Counted from the stretch's first letter, positions 49,729 to 59,317 are shown. The stretch: DNA of 64,000 nt from an uncultured Chloroflexia bacterium (GCA_963749705.1 CAVVNQ010000006.1:96001-160000), one strand, 5' to 3'. Notes: generated from the letters alone by a model not told the origin. A program made the numbers and translations.

Positions 49729-50958
49729 TCAGCCCGCAGCCGCCGCGGCGGCGGGGACGATCCCATACTGCGGGACGTTGCCCGACGGCACGTACGGGCA
49801 CAGCGGGTCGGCCTCGAGCGGATCGCCCGTCCACGCCCACGCGCGCGCCCGCGAGCCCCCGCAGATCCGCGCGTACTCGCACGCCCCGCAGCGACCCTTG
49901 AAGCCCTCGGGGTCTCGCAGGCCGCGCATCACCGGGTGGTCGCGATAGAGGTCGACGATGCTCGCCTCGCGAACGTTGCCCAGCGGGATCGGCAGGAAGC
50001 CCGACGGGTTGACCGTGCCGTCGTGGCTGATGAACACGATCCCGTTGCCGTCGCGGATGCCGAACCCGCGACCGACGGACGAGCCGGCGATCGCGTCCGC
50101 GTCCATCCCGTCGGCCTCCATCGCACGGACGGCGATCCGGCGGTAGTGCGTGGCCTCGGTCGTCTTGACCTGGAACGGCGCCGTCTTCGACAGCCCCCAC
50201 AGCCACTGGTTGAGCTTCTCCGACTCGCCCGGCGACACCTCGCGGAGCGCGGACCCGCGGCCGGTGGTGATCAGCATGAACAGCGCCCAGCGCAGGATGT
50301 CCATGCCCTTGAGCAGCTCGTAGATCGCCGGCAGGTCCGCCAGCGTCTCGTCGGTGACCAGCGTGTTGACCTGGATCGGCAGGCCCGCGGCGCGCGCCCA
50401 CCTCGCCGCCTGGAGCGTCTTGTCGAACGTGCCCGGGACCATCCGAAAGCCGTCGTGGCGCGCGGCGTCGGAGCCGTCGATCGAGAGCGAGATGTTCTGG
50501 ATCCCCGCGTCGCGCAGCGACTCCAGGACCGGCTGGGTCAGGAGCGGAGTGGCCGCAGGCGCGAGCGAGGCGCCGATCCCGCGCGCGGTGGCGGCGCGGA
50601 CGAGGTCGTGGAGGTCGGGGCGGTTGAGCGGGTCGCCGCCGGTGAACACGACGTGCGGGTAGGGGCGGCCGAACCCGGTGATGTCGTCGAGCAGGCGGTA
50701 CCCCTCCTCGGTCGTGAGCTCGAGCGGGTTCCGCTCGGCCTGCGCGGTGGCCCGGCAATGGCGGCAGGCGAGCCCGCAGGCGAGCGTCGTCTCCCAGTAC
50801 ACGAGCATCGGGGCCCGGGCGTAGACGTAGCCCTCGGCGCGAACGGCGCCCACGCCCGTGATGCCACCGGGATGGCCGCCAGGGTGCCCGCCGGGGTGTC
50901 CGCCCGGATGGCCATTTCCGGGGTGTCCGCCGGGTGCACGGTCCGTGATCGTCGTCAT
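49729..50958 (-). CDS. Radical SAM/SPASM protein (TIGR04053/AhbD-like) with N-terminal GHP repeats
   Basis: WETT.AC.LAC.HCRA, TGGDP, PSGF.P and C..CE....CGGSRARA....GD....DPLC motifs; five G-H-P repeats. Confidence 0.85.
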   Translation of the reverse strand: MTTITDRAPGGHPGNGHPGGHPGGHPGGHPGGITGVGAVRAEGYVYARAPMLVYWETTLACGLACRHCRATAQAERNPLELTTEEGYRLLDDITGFGRPYPHVVFTGGDPLNRPDLHDLVRAATARGIGASLAPAATPLLTQPVLESLRDAGIQNISLSIDGSDAARHDGFRMVPGTFDKTLQAARWARAAGLPIQVNTLVTDETLADLPAIYELLKGMDILRWALFMLITTGRGSALREVSPGESEKLNQWLWGLSKTAPFQVKTTEATHYRRIAVRAMEADGMDADAIAGSSVGRGFGIRDGNGIVFISHDGTVNPSGFLPIPLGNVREASIVDLYRDHPVMRGLRDPEGFKGRCGACEYARICGGSRARAWAWTGDPLEADPLCPYVPSGNVPQYGIVPAAAAAAG

Positions 50959-51905
50959 CGGATGTCTCCTCCGGCCGCCGCGGCGACCGTCTCGGGGGCC
51001 AGCGCCGCGGCGGCGAGATCGGCCAGCCCGGCGATGAATGTGGGGTCGGTGTTCATCGAGCGCGCCCGTTCGAGCCGGATGCCCGCCTCGCGGGCGACCG
51101 CCTGCGCCTCGATATCGATGTCGTAGAGCACCTCGAGGTGGTCGGCGACGAACCCGACCGGCCGGATCACGAGGTCGGTGACACCTTCGGCGGCCAGGCG
51201 CCGGATCTCGTCGAGGATGTCCGGCCCAAGCCACGGCTCGCCCGTCCGGCCGGCGCTCTGGAACGCGAAGTCGTAGCGCTCGAGGCCAAGCCGTTCCGCC
51301 ACCAGCCGGGCCGTACCCGCGAGCTCGTCGGGGTAGGGGTCGCCGTCGGCGAGGACGCGGGCGGGCAGGCTGTGCGCGGTGAACATGACCCGTACGGCGG
51401 ACGGGTCGTCGAACCGATCCAGCGCCTCGCGCGTGGTGCGCGCCATCGCCTCGATGAACCGCGGCTGGTCGTACCAGGAATCGACGTAGACGACCGCCGG
51501 AGCGCCATCGCCGAGCGAGGCCAGCGCCGCGTCGACCGCCCGGCGATACCCGGCGGCGTTGGACGACCTCTGGGGCGCCAGGGCGATGGCGACGAGGCGC
51601 TCGACACCGTCCGCCGCCATCCGCGCGACCACGTCGCCGATCCGGGGCTCGATGTGGCGCATCCCCGCGTACACCGGCATGGGCCGACCGCGCGCCGCCA
51701 GGTCCGCCTCGACCGCCGCTCGCTGCGCCTCGACGATCCGCGACAGCGGCGAACCGCCCCCGATGGCCCGGTAGCGGCCCAGGAGCTCCTCGAGCAGGTG
51801 CGGCGGCGGCGGGCTGCCGCGCCGGATGTCGGTGTAGTAGGCCTCCACCTGGTCGAGCCGGTCGGGGCTGCCATAGGCCATCAGCAGGACGGCGTCGTGG
51901 GTCAT
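50955..51905 (-). CDS. hemH: Coproporphyrin ferrochelatase (CpfC/HemH)
   Basis: LMAYGSP, RY..IGG.SPL, FTAHSLP, QSAG.T.EPWLGPD and GFVADHLEVLYDID motifs. Confidence 0.95.
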   Translation of the reverse strand: MTHDAVLLMAYGSPDRLDQVEAYYTDIRRGSPPPPHLLEELLGRYRAIGGGSPLSRIVEAQRAAVEADLAARGRPMPVYAGMRHIEPRIGDVVARMAADGVERLVAIALAPQRSSNAAGYRRAVDAALASLGDGAPAVVYVDSWYDQPRFIEAMARTTREALDRFDDPSAVRVMFTAHSLPARVLADGDPYPDELAGTARLVAERLGLERYDFAFQSAGRTGEPWLGPDILDEIRRLAAEGVTDLVIRPVGFVADHLEVLYDIDIEAQAVAREAGIRLERARSMNTDPTFIAGLADLAAAALAPETVAAAAGGDIR

Positions 51906-52981
51906 CGGGACGCTCCATGGTCGTGGACGAGGTCGACGAGGCGGGCGAGGTCGTCGGGATCGGTGCCCGGCAGGACGCCGTGTCCCAGGTTGAAGATGTG
52001 GCCCGGCCGGCCGTCGTTCTGGTCGAGGATCCAGCGGGCGCTCTCCTCGACGGCATCCCACGGGCCGAGCAGCAGGGTCGGGTCCAGGTTCCCCTGGACC
52101 GCGCGGTCGCCGACCAGCTCGCGCCCGTCATCGATGGCGATCCGCCAGTCGAGCCCGATCACGTCGCCGCCCGCTGCGGCCTGCTGGCGGAGGATCCCGG
52201 CCGTGCCGACGCCGAAGTGGATGATGGGCACGTCGAGCGGGGCGATGCCATCGAACAGGCGCCGCATCCACGGCGCGAGTCGGCGCTCGTAGTCGAGCGG
52301 GCTCAGGCCGCCGACCCAGGAATCGAACACCTGGACGGCCTCGGCGCCCGCGGCGACCTGCGCCGACAGGTACCGGATGGTGGTCTCGACCAGCTGGTCC
52401 AGCAGGGCAGCCCACGCCTCGGGGTTCTCGTGCATCAGCCGCTTGGTGTGCAGGAAGTCGCGCGACGGGCCGCCCTCGACGAGGTAGCACGCGAGCGTGA
52501 ACGGCGCCCCGGCGAACCCGATCAGCGGCACAGGTGATTCGGCGCGGACCAGACGGATCGCCTCGAGCAGGGCTGGGACCGCTGCCTCGGGCTGGAAGGT
52601 GCGAAGCGCCCGGACGTCCGCGATCGTGCGCACCGGGTGCTCGATGACCGGGCCGACGCCCTCCCGGATGTCGAACCCGACCCCCATCCCGGCGAGCGGC
52701 GTCGTGATGTCCGCGAACAGGATCGCGGCATCGACGCCCAGGCGCCGGACCGGCTGGAGCGTGACCTCGGCGCACAGGGCCGGGTCGCGGGTGATCTCGA
52801 GCAGGGTGGCCCGTTCGCGGACCTTGCGGTATTCGGGGAGGGCCCGGCCCGCCTGGCGCATGAACCACACCGGCGTTGCGTCCACGCGCTCGCTGCGGGC
52901 GGCGCGCAGGAACCGCGCATCCGGGCGAGGCTCGGGAGCCGGGGCGACGGGGAGCGGCCCTCGCAGCGCCTTCACGGTCAT
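51902..52981 (-). CDS. hemE: Uroporphyrinogen decarboxylase
   Basis: PVWFMRQAGR.LPEY, DAAILF.DI, GF.GAPFTL..Y, QGNLDP and NLGHGV motifs. Confidence 0.97.
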   Translation of the reverse strand: MTVKALRGPLPVAPAPEPRPDARFLRAARSERVDATPVWFMRQAGRALPEYRKVRERATLLEITRDPALCAEVTLQPVRRLGVDAAILFADITTPLAGMGVGFDIREGVGPVIEHPVRTIADVRALRTFQPEAAVPALLEAIRLVRAESPVPLIGFAGAPFTLACYLVEGGPSRDFLHTKRLMHENPEAWAALLDQLVETTIRYLSAQVAAGAEAVQVFDSWVGGLSPLDYERRLAPWMRRLFDGIAPLDVPIIHFGVGTAGILRQQAAAGGDVIGLDWRIAIDDGRELVGDRAVQGNLDPTLLLGPWDAVEESARWILDQNDGRPGHIFNLGHGVLPGTDPDDLARLVDLVHDHGASR

Positions 52982-54291
52982 GCCGCGAACGCCGCTCGGG
53001 CCGCGGCCAGCGTGTGCTCGACCTCGGTGTCGCCGTGCGCGACCGAGATGAACCAGGCCTCGAACTGCGACGGCGGGAGCAGGACGCCCTCGTCCAGCAT
53101 GGCGCCGAAGAACCGGGCATACGCGTCGCGGTCCGCGGCCAGCGCCTCGGCGGCGTTGCGCGGTGCCCCGTCACGGAAGAACACGGTGAGCAGCGACCCG
53201 ACGCGGGAGATCGCGACCTCGCGACGGGCGTCGGACGCGGCTTCGCGAAGCCCCGCCTCGAGCCTGGCGCCGGTGTCCTCGAGCCGTGCGTAGGCGGCGG
53301 GGGTCAGCAGGTCCAGGGTCGCGACGCCGGCGGCCATCGACAGCGGGTGCCCGCTCAGCGTGCCCGCCTGGTACACCGGACCCTCGGGGGCGATGTGGGC
53401 CATCAGGTCGGCCCGGCCGCCGTAGGCGCCGATGGGCATGCCACCACCGATGATCTTGCCCAGCGTGGTCAGGTCGGGCCTGATCCCGAACCGCTCCTGG
53501 GCACCGCCCCGGGCCATGCGGAACCCGGTGATCACCTCGTCGAAGATGAGCAGCGCGCCATTGGCGGTGGTCTGCTCGCGCAGGGCCTCGAGGAAGCCCG
53601 GTTCGGGGGCCAGGACGCCCACGTTGGCGCCGACCGGCTCGACGATGATCGCGGCGACCTGGTCCGGGTGGCTGCGGAACACCTCCGCGATCGCCGGGAT
53701 GTCGTTGTACGGGATCACGATCGTGTCCCGCGCGGCCGCGGCGGTGACCCCGGCCGAGCCCGGCATGGCGAGCGTGGCCAGCCCGGACCCCGCCTCGACG
53801 AGCAGGCTGTCGCCGTGGCCGTGGTAGCCACCCGCGAACTTGACGATGAGGTCGCGGCCGGTCGCCCCGCGCGCGAGCCGGATCGCGCTCATCACCGCCT
53901 CGGTGCCCGACGAGACGAACCGGAGCCGCTCCATCGACGGCATCGCCTCGCGGATCCGTTCGCCGAGCTGGACCTCGCGGGGTGACGTGGCGCCCAGCGC
54001 GAACCCGTCGAGCGCCGCGTCCACGACCGCCACGACGACCGATGGCTCCGCGTGACCCAGGATCCCGGGGCCCCACGAGCCGATGTAGTCGAGGTACCAG
54101 CGACCGTCCGCGTCGCGGACGCGGGGCCCCTCGCCGGCCTCGAGGACCAGCGGGGCCCGGCCGACCGAGCGGAACGCCCGGACCGGGCTGTTGACCCCGC
54201 CCGGGAACAGCGACTCGGCCCTGGCCCGCAGGTCGTCCTGGCGGCTGCCTGCGTTCGGCGAGGCCGATGGCGTCGGCGCGAAGGTCGTCAT
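52978..54291 (-). CDS. hemL: Glutamate-1-semialdehyde 2,1-aminomutase
   Basis: PGGVNSPVRAF, SSGTEA.M, YHGH.D, FDEVITGFR, GKIIGGG.P and YQAGT.SG motifs. Confidence 0.96.
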   Translation of the reverse strand: MTTFAPTPSASPNAGSRQDDLRARAESLFPGGVNSPVRAFRSVGRAPLVLEAGEGPRVRDADGRWYLDYIGSWGPGILGHAEPSVVVAVVDAALDGFALGATSPREVQLGERIREAMPSMERLRFVSSGTEAVMSAIRLARGATGRDLIVKFAGGYHGHGDSLLVEAGSGLATLAMPGSAGVTAAAARDTIVIPYNDIPAIAEVFRSHPDQVAAIIVEPVGANVGVLAPEPGFLEALREQTTANGALLIFDEVITGFRMARGGAQERFGIRPDLTTLGKIIGGGMPIGAYGGRADLMAHIAPEGPVYQAGTLSGHPLSMAAGVATLDLLTPAAYARLEDTGARLEAGLREAASDARREVAISRVGSLLTVFFRDGAPRNAAEALAADRDAYARFFGAMLDEGVLLPPSQFEAWFISVAHGDTEVEHTLAAARAAFAA

Positions 54292-54293
54292 GA

Positions 54294-55335
54294 TCAGGAC
54301 TCCCGGGACCAGGCCGCGAGGTCGCCGGCGGCATAGGTGATCACGAAGCCGGCACCGGCCCGCAGGATGGCGGTCGTGCTCTCGGTCAGGGCGCGGCGCC
54401 GGTCGAGCCAGCCGCGCTGCGGCGGCCGCTTCGATCGAGGCGTACTCCCCGCTCACCTGGTACGCCCCGATCGGGACGTCGAAGCGGCGCCGCGCCTCGG
54501 CCAGGATGTCGAGCGACGGCAGCGCCGGCTTGACCAGCAGCATGTCCGCACCCTCGGCGAGGTCGATCGCCATCTCGCGCATCGACTCCCGCCCGTTGGC
54601 CGGGTCCATCTGGTAGCCGCGCCGGTCCCCGAACGACGGGGTGGATCCTGCGGCGTCACGGAACGGGCCGTAGAACGCGGACGCCGTTTTCGCGGCGTAG
54701 GCGAGGATCGCCGTGTCGTGGTGCCCGACGGCGTCCAGCCCGCGACGGATCGCGGCAACCTGGCCGTCCATCATGCCGCTGGGCGCGACGATGTCGGCAC
54801 CCGCCTCGGCCTGCGAGGCGGCGGTCCGCGCGTACAGCTCGATCGTGGCGTCGTTGTCGACCCGTCCGTCGGCGAGCAGCGGGCCGCAGTGGCCATGATC
54901 CGTGTACTCGCACAGGCACGTGTCGGCGATCAGGACCATTTCGAGGTCCGCGTCGCGGAGCTGGCGCAGCGCCTCCTGGACGATCCCGTCGGCGACCCAG
55001 CCGCCGGTGCCCACGGCGTCCTTCCCGGCCGGGAGCCCGAACAGGATCAACCCGCCGACGCCCAACGCGGCTAGCGCGCGAGCGTCACGCACGGCCTCGT
55101 CAGGGGTCACGCGCTCCACGCCGGGCATCGAGCCGACCGGATCGCGGCGTCCGTGCCCGGGCTGGACGAACAACGGCGCGACCAGCTGCCGGGGATGGAT
55201 CCGCGTCTCGCGCACGAACGCGCGCAGGGCATCTGTTCTACGCGTGCGACGCAGCCGGTGGGCAGGATCCGGGACGGCTGCGGCGCCATCGGCGGGCAGA
55301 TCGGCGACGGCCGGCCGGTCGGCGATGAGGCTCAT
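54294..55335 (-). CDS. hemB: Porphobilinogen synthase (Zn-type), frameshifted near 54420
   Basis: CLCEYT.HGHC, APS.MMDG, S.FYGPFR.A, YQMD, VKP and YQVSGEY motifs; C-terminus GWLD...ES...I.RAGA..VITY.A in another frame, stop at 54294. Confidence 0.92.
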
Positions 55336-57098
55336 CGGGTTCCTCCGGGAGTGAGGCCGGTGGCGTACGCGACCGGCGGGACGAGGACAGCGGTGTGGGC
55401 GGTCAGCGGTTCGTCGCTCCCCGACACCCCGAGCGAGGCGGCGACGAACCCGGCGAGCTCGGCCGCTGCGGGCGACGGGGCGACGAGGACGGTGGTGAAG
55501 CCGAGCGAGCTCGCGGCCTCCGCGGTGGGCACGCCGATCGCCACGACCGGCGTCGCTCGCAGCCGCTCGTGCGTCTCGGGCGCCGAGGCCAGGGCGAGCA
55601 GCCCGCGCACGGTGGATCCGCTGGTGAGCACCAGGGCGTCGACCGGGCCGTCGTCGAGGGCGCCGGTGAGGAGCACCCGCGAGGCCTCCGGGCCCTCCAC
55701 GGTGCGGTAGGCGATCACCTCGGTGACCGTGGCGCCACGCGCCTCGAGGGCGTCCGGGAGCGCGGGGTCGGCGATGTCGGAGCGTGGCAGCACGACGTGG
55801 TCGCCGGCTGCGATGGGCAGCTCGCGGGCCAGCACTCGCGCACTCGCGGTCGACGGTCGGAACGCCACGCCGATCCCCGCAGCGCCGAGAACGGCGGCCG
55901 TGCCGTCGCCGATCGCACTCCATCGACGGTGGCGAGGATCGATCCCGCTCCGGATGACCGCTTCAACCGCGGCCACGGCGGCGTTGCGACTGGTGATCAC
56001 GAGCCAGTCGCCCGCCCCACCGCCGGCCAGCGCCTTGTCCAGCGCGCCGTCCGGCACGGCCGGCAGGATCTCGATGGCCGGGACGTTGACCGCGGCGACG
56101 CCCGCGTTGTCGAGCGCTGCCAGCAGCGGCTGCGCCTGGCCCGCCGCCCGGGCGACCAGCACCCGCGGAGCCCGGCGCAGCGTCACGATGCGTGCCGCGA
56201 GGCGCTCCGCCAGGGCGACGTGATCGACGGCGGGCGCCTCCCCACGGACGCGGACGACCGGGGACGGGGCGATCGGCGCATCGGGCGTCGGTGTCCATTC
56301 TCGTTCGGCAGCAGCCACCAGCCGGAGCCGCCCGCGCGAGACCGTCCCGATCGCGCCGATCGGCGACCGGCAGCCGCCGCCGGTCGCGTTGAGCAGCGCC
56401 CGCTCGGCCTCGACCGCCACCCGCGTCGCCGGGTCGTCGAGCCGCCCGACGGCCTCGATCGCACGGGCGTCGTCCGAACGCACCTGGATCGCGAGCGAGC
56501 CCTGGCCAGGAGCGGAGACGACATGGCTGGAGGGCAGGATCTCGTCGATACGGTCCGCGCGGCCGAGCCGCGTGAGGCCGGCGACCGCGAGCACCAGCGC
56601 ATCGCTGTCGCCACGATCCAGCTTGGCCAGCCGCGTGTCCACGTTCCCGTGCAGCGGGTGCATCTGCAGATCCGGGCGGAGCGCGTGGAGGAAGGCCGTG
56701 CGTCGCGGGCTGTCGGTGCCGACGCGCGCACCCTCGGACAGCGTGGCCAGGGTCGTCCCGCGGACGCGGCACACCAGCGCGTCGCGCGGATCCTCGCGCG
56801 GCGGATAGGCAGCGATCACCAGGCGCGCGTGCTCGTCCGTCGGCACGTCCTTCGCGCTGTGGACCGCGATGTCCACGGAACCGTCGAGCAGGGCGCCGAC
56901 GATCGCCCCCACGAACGCGCCCTCGCCCCACGCGGTGTCGACAGGTCGATCATCGCCCTCGGTCCGGATGATCACGAGCTCGGCCGGCACGCCGTCCTCG
57001 GCCAGCCGGGCGGCGACCCAGCGCGCCTGGACGAGCGCGAGCGGACTGCCACGGGTGCCGATGCGAAGCGGGACGGTCATCTCGGGATCCACGGGCAT
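55332..57098 (-). CDS. hemC: Fused hydroxymethylbilane synthase (HemC) / uroporphyrinogen-III synthase (HemD)
   Basis: GTRGS.LA..Q, AVHS.KD.P, GNVDTRL.KL and GGC..PIG, then in-frame HemD motifs ITS.NA, IG..TA, Y.T, TS.STV and IG..TA. Confidence 0.9.
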   Translation of the reverse strand: MPVDPEMTVPLRIGTRGSPLALVQARWVAARLAEDGVPAELVIIRTEGDDRPVDTAWGEGAFVGAIVGALLDGSVDIAVHSAKDVPTDEHARLVIAAYPPREDPRDALVCRVRGTTLATLSEGARVGTDSPRRTAFLHALRPDLQMHPLHGNVDTRLAKLDRGDSDALVLAVAGLTRLGRADRIDEILPSSHVVSAPGQGSLAIQVRSDDARAIEAVGRLDDPATRVAVEAERALLNATGGGCRSPIGAIGTVSRGRLRLVAAAEREWTPTPDAPIAPSPVVRVRGEAPAVDHVALAERLAARIVTLRRAPRVLVARAAGQAQPLLAALDNAGVAAVNVPAIEILPAVPDGALDKALAGGGAGDWLVITSRNAAVAAVEAVIRSGIDPRHRRWSAIGDGTAAVLGAAGIGVAFRPSTASARVLARELPIAAGDHVVLPRSDIADPALPDALEARGATVTEVIAYRTVEGPEASRVLLTGALDDGPVDALVLTSGSTVRGLLALASAPETHERLRATPVVAIGVPTAEAASSLGFTTVLVAPSPAAAELAGFVAASLGVSGSDEPLTAHTAVLVPPVAYATGLTPGGTR

Positions 57099-58317
57099 CA
57101 CAGCGAGAACAGGGCTCGGGCAGCACGTTCCAGGTCGCCGGTCGAGTCGTCGCGCAGCGTGGCCAGCGGGTCGTGCAGCAGGCCCGCCACCAGCCGATGG
57201 CTCATCTGCTCGACCAGCTCCCGCTGGTGGTCGGCGAGGTCGAGCCGACGGAACAGGCGATCCAGCTCCTCCAGCCGCCGCGTCTCCGCGCGGTCGCTCA
57301 GGGCCTGGATCGCCGGGACGCTGTTCCGCGTGGCGACCCACTGGCTGAACTTCGCCTCCGCGGCTTCCAGCACCCGCTCGAACCGCCGGCGGAGCCGCGC
57401 ACGCATCTCGTCGTGCGGGTTTCGGGCAAGGTCGTCGACCGACACGTGCCGCCCGGCGATCCTGGCGCGGAGGTCCGGGTCGAGCGCGGGCGGCGACGAC
57501 AGGTCGGCGACCGGAAGCTCGTTCGCGATGAGCGCGGAACGCGCCGCGGACGACAGCGGCCAGCGGGCACTGATCGCGACCACGACCGCGTCCACCTCCG
57601 GCAGCGGCTCATCCGATCCGAACGCCGCCGGCTCGCCGTTGACGTCATACGCCAGCGCCGCCGCTCGTTCGCTGCTGCGATTGGCGACCAGGACGTGGGC
57701 GCCCTGCCGTGACGCCGAGACGGCTGCCAGCCGGGCCATGCGTCCGGCACCGACGACGAGGACCTTGCGTCCGAGCAGCGGCCCGGTGAACGGGAGAAGG
57801 CGGTCGAGCGCAGCGTCGGCAAGCGAGCGCGGCGGACCTTCGCGCCACGAGCGCGTCTCGCGGCCAAGGTGGAGCGCGATCTGGAACAGGCGCTCGAGAG
57901 CCGGGTGCAGCCCGATGGCATGCGAGCTCGCCGAGCCGATCGGTTCGGGGCATCGTTCGGCGCCCGGAACACGACGATCGGAGAGGCACTCGCGCAGCTG
58001 GTGGAGGATCTGATCCTCGCCCACCACCACCGAATCGAGGCCCGCCGCCACCGTGAACAGGTGCCGGGCCGCGGCGGCCCCCTCGAGCCGGCGACCGCCG
58101 CGCGGCAGGGCAGGCAGGGGTGGCAACGGATGGCCATCGAGGGGTTCATCGACGACGTACAGCTCAGCGCGATGGCAGGTGCGAACGAGGATCGCGCGCG
58201 GATCATCGGCGATCGATGCGGCCGCAGCGGCGAACGCCTCGCGCTCGTCGCTCTCGACATGGCGCGCGTGGAGCACGAGGGCGACTGCAGACGCAGATCG
58301 GCGCGGGGATCGGTCAC
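57098..58317 (-). CDS. hemA: Glutamyl-tRNA reductase (probable frameshift near the 5' end)
   Basis: TCHR.E.Y, HLF.VA.GLDS.V.GE.QI..Q, VGAG.M, ANRS, D...P...DP and LLH.P motifs; GTG start at 58317 overlaps the upstream stop but is out of frame with the body. Confidence 0.88.
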
Positions 58318-59012
58318 GAAGGGCTCCCGGGATTGGGGTTGGATGCTCGACGCGAGCGTCGGCTGGCCCCCAGCGCCGCGGGCTCCCAGCCGCGAAGGGT
58401 TGCGAGCAGCAGGTCGTCGAGCGCCGTGTTGGCGTCCGTGAACAGCCTGGAGGTAGCGTCGGCATCGAACTCGCGCCGACGGGCGATCGCGCCCAGCTCG
58501 GCGATGAACGGGCGCCGGAAGCGCAGGAACAGGTCGGCCGTCGTTGCCGACCCGAGGCCCTCGCGTCCGGCGATCCGGCCGTACTCGGTGCAGGCGTCCT
58601 CCGCATCCCTGAGGAGCTCGCGCCGGCGGCGCTCATCGGAGGTGTCGAGCGCGGCAACGAGCGCCGTCACGATGCCGCGGCCGTACTGGCGAAAGCGCTC
58701 GCGACTCTCGTCGCTGAGCTCGGCGACCCACGGGATTCGGCTGGGCGTCTCGTCGGCCGCGCGACGGTAGCCCCGTGCCATCCGGCCCGGTGTCTCGCCA
58801 AGGGCGGTGAGCGACGGTCGACCGCTCGGCTGGTCCGGCAGCAATGCCTGGAGCCCGCCTCGCGAGAAGCGGCGGTGACCGCCCGGGGTCACGAATGTCC
58901 GAACCATGCCGCCGTCACCCCAGCGGCGCACCGTGGACGGCGAGACGCCGAGCAATCGGCAGGCCTCGGTGAGCGTGACCCAGTCGGGGTCGGCGGCTGC
59001 TCGGGCTCGCAT
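58314..59012 (-). CDS. Xis/BldC (MerR-like) HTH regulator with all-helical C-terminal domain; first gene of the heme operon
   Basis: WVTLTEACRLLGVSPSTVRRWGDGG...TPGGHRRF; about 150-aa helical C-terminus; stop overlaps the hemA start. Confidence 0.85.
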   Translation of the reverse strand: MRARAAADPDWVTLTEACRLLGVSPSTVRRWGDGGMVRTFVTPGGHRRFSRGGLQALLPDQPSGRPSLTALGETPGRMARGYRRAADETPSRIPWVAELSDESRERFRQYGRGIVTALVAALDTSDERRRRELLRDAEDACTEYGRIAGREGLGSATTADLFLRFRRPFIAELGAIARRREFDADATSRLFTDANTALDDLLLATLRGWEPAALGASRRSRRASNPNPGSPS

Positions 59013-59022
59013 CGGGGACGCA

Positions 59023-59065
59023 AAACCTCCCAAATCTACCAAACCTTCGCGGAAATCAAAGCATA
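59023..59065 (-). promoter_or_regulatory. Heme-operon promoter/leader with 9-bp head-to-tail direct repeats
   Basis: Plus strand AAACCTCCC, AAATCTACC, AAACCTTCG (59023-59049) and AAATC (59053); minus-strand -10-like TATGCT at 59060-59065; AT-rich island. Confidence 0.6.
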
Positions 59066-59317
59066 GTAGGTTTCCCTCGGGGGGGTATCGACAGGGCCGT
59101 CCGGTCCGCGTATGGCCCGCCGAAGGCACGGGTCGGCCGGGACTTCTCGCCGCTCGGTGATGAAATCGGTGGGCCACGCCGACGGCCCGGTTGGCCGCAA
59201 CGCGCTACCGTTGGCAGCCTCGGACCGCGGCCCGTAATCGCCGGTGTCGTTCGGCCCTCGGCCTCCCCGACCGGCAGGCGCACGACGTCGCTACCGGCTG
59301 CCATGCAGGAGCGTTCC

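Noticed and set aside
49729-52131. 800-aa radical SAM ORF, and similarly the 692-aa E1-beta, 768-aa GT and 838-aa ORFs
   Set aside because: The N-terminal extensions are off-frame or antisense readings of neighbouring genes, typical of high-GC DNA.
52978-55923. 981-aa HemB-HemL fusion ORF
   Set aside because: The HemB C-terminus with its own stop (54294) is in another frame; one indel near 54420 creates the read-through.
58314-59012. CarH/LitR B12 photoreceptor
   Set aside because: No W-x9-EH or E/DxHxxG cobalamin-binding motif and no carotenoid genes nearby.
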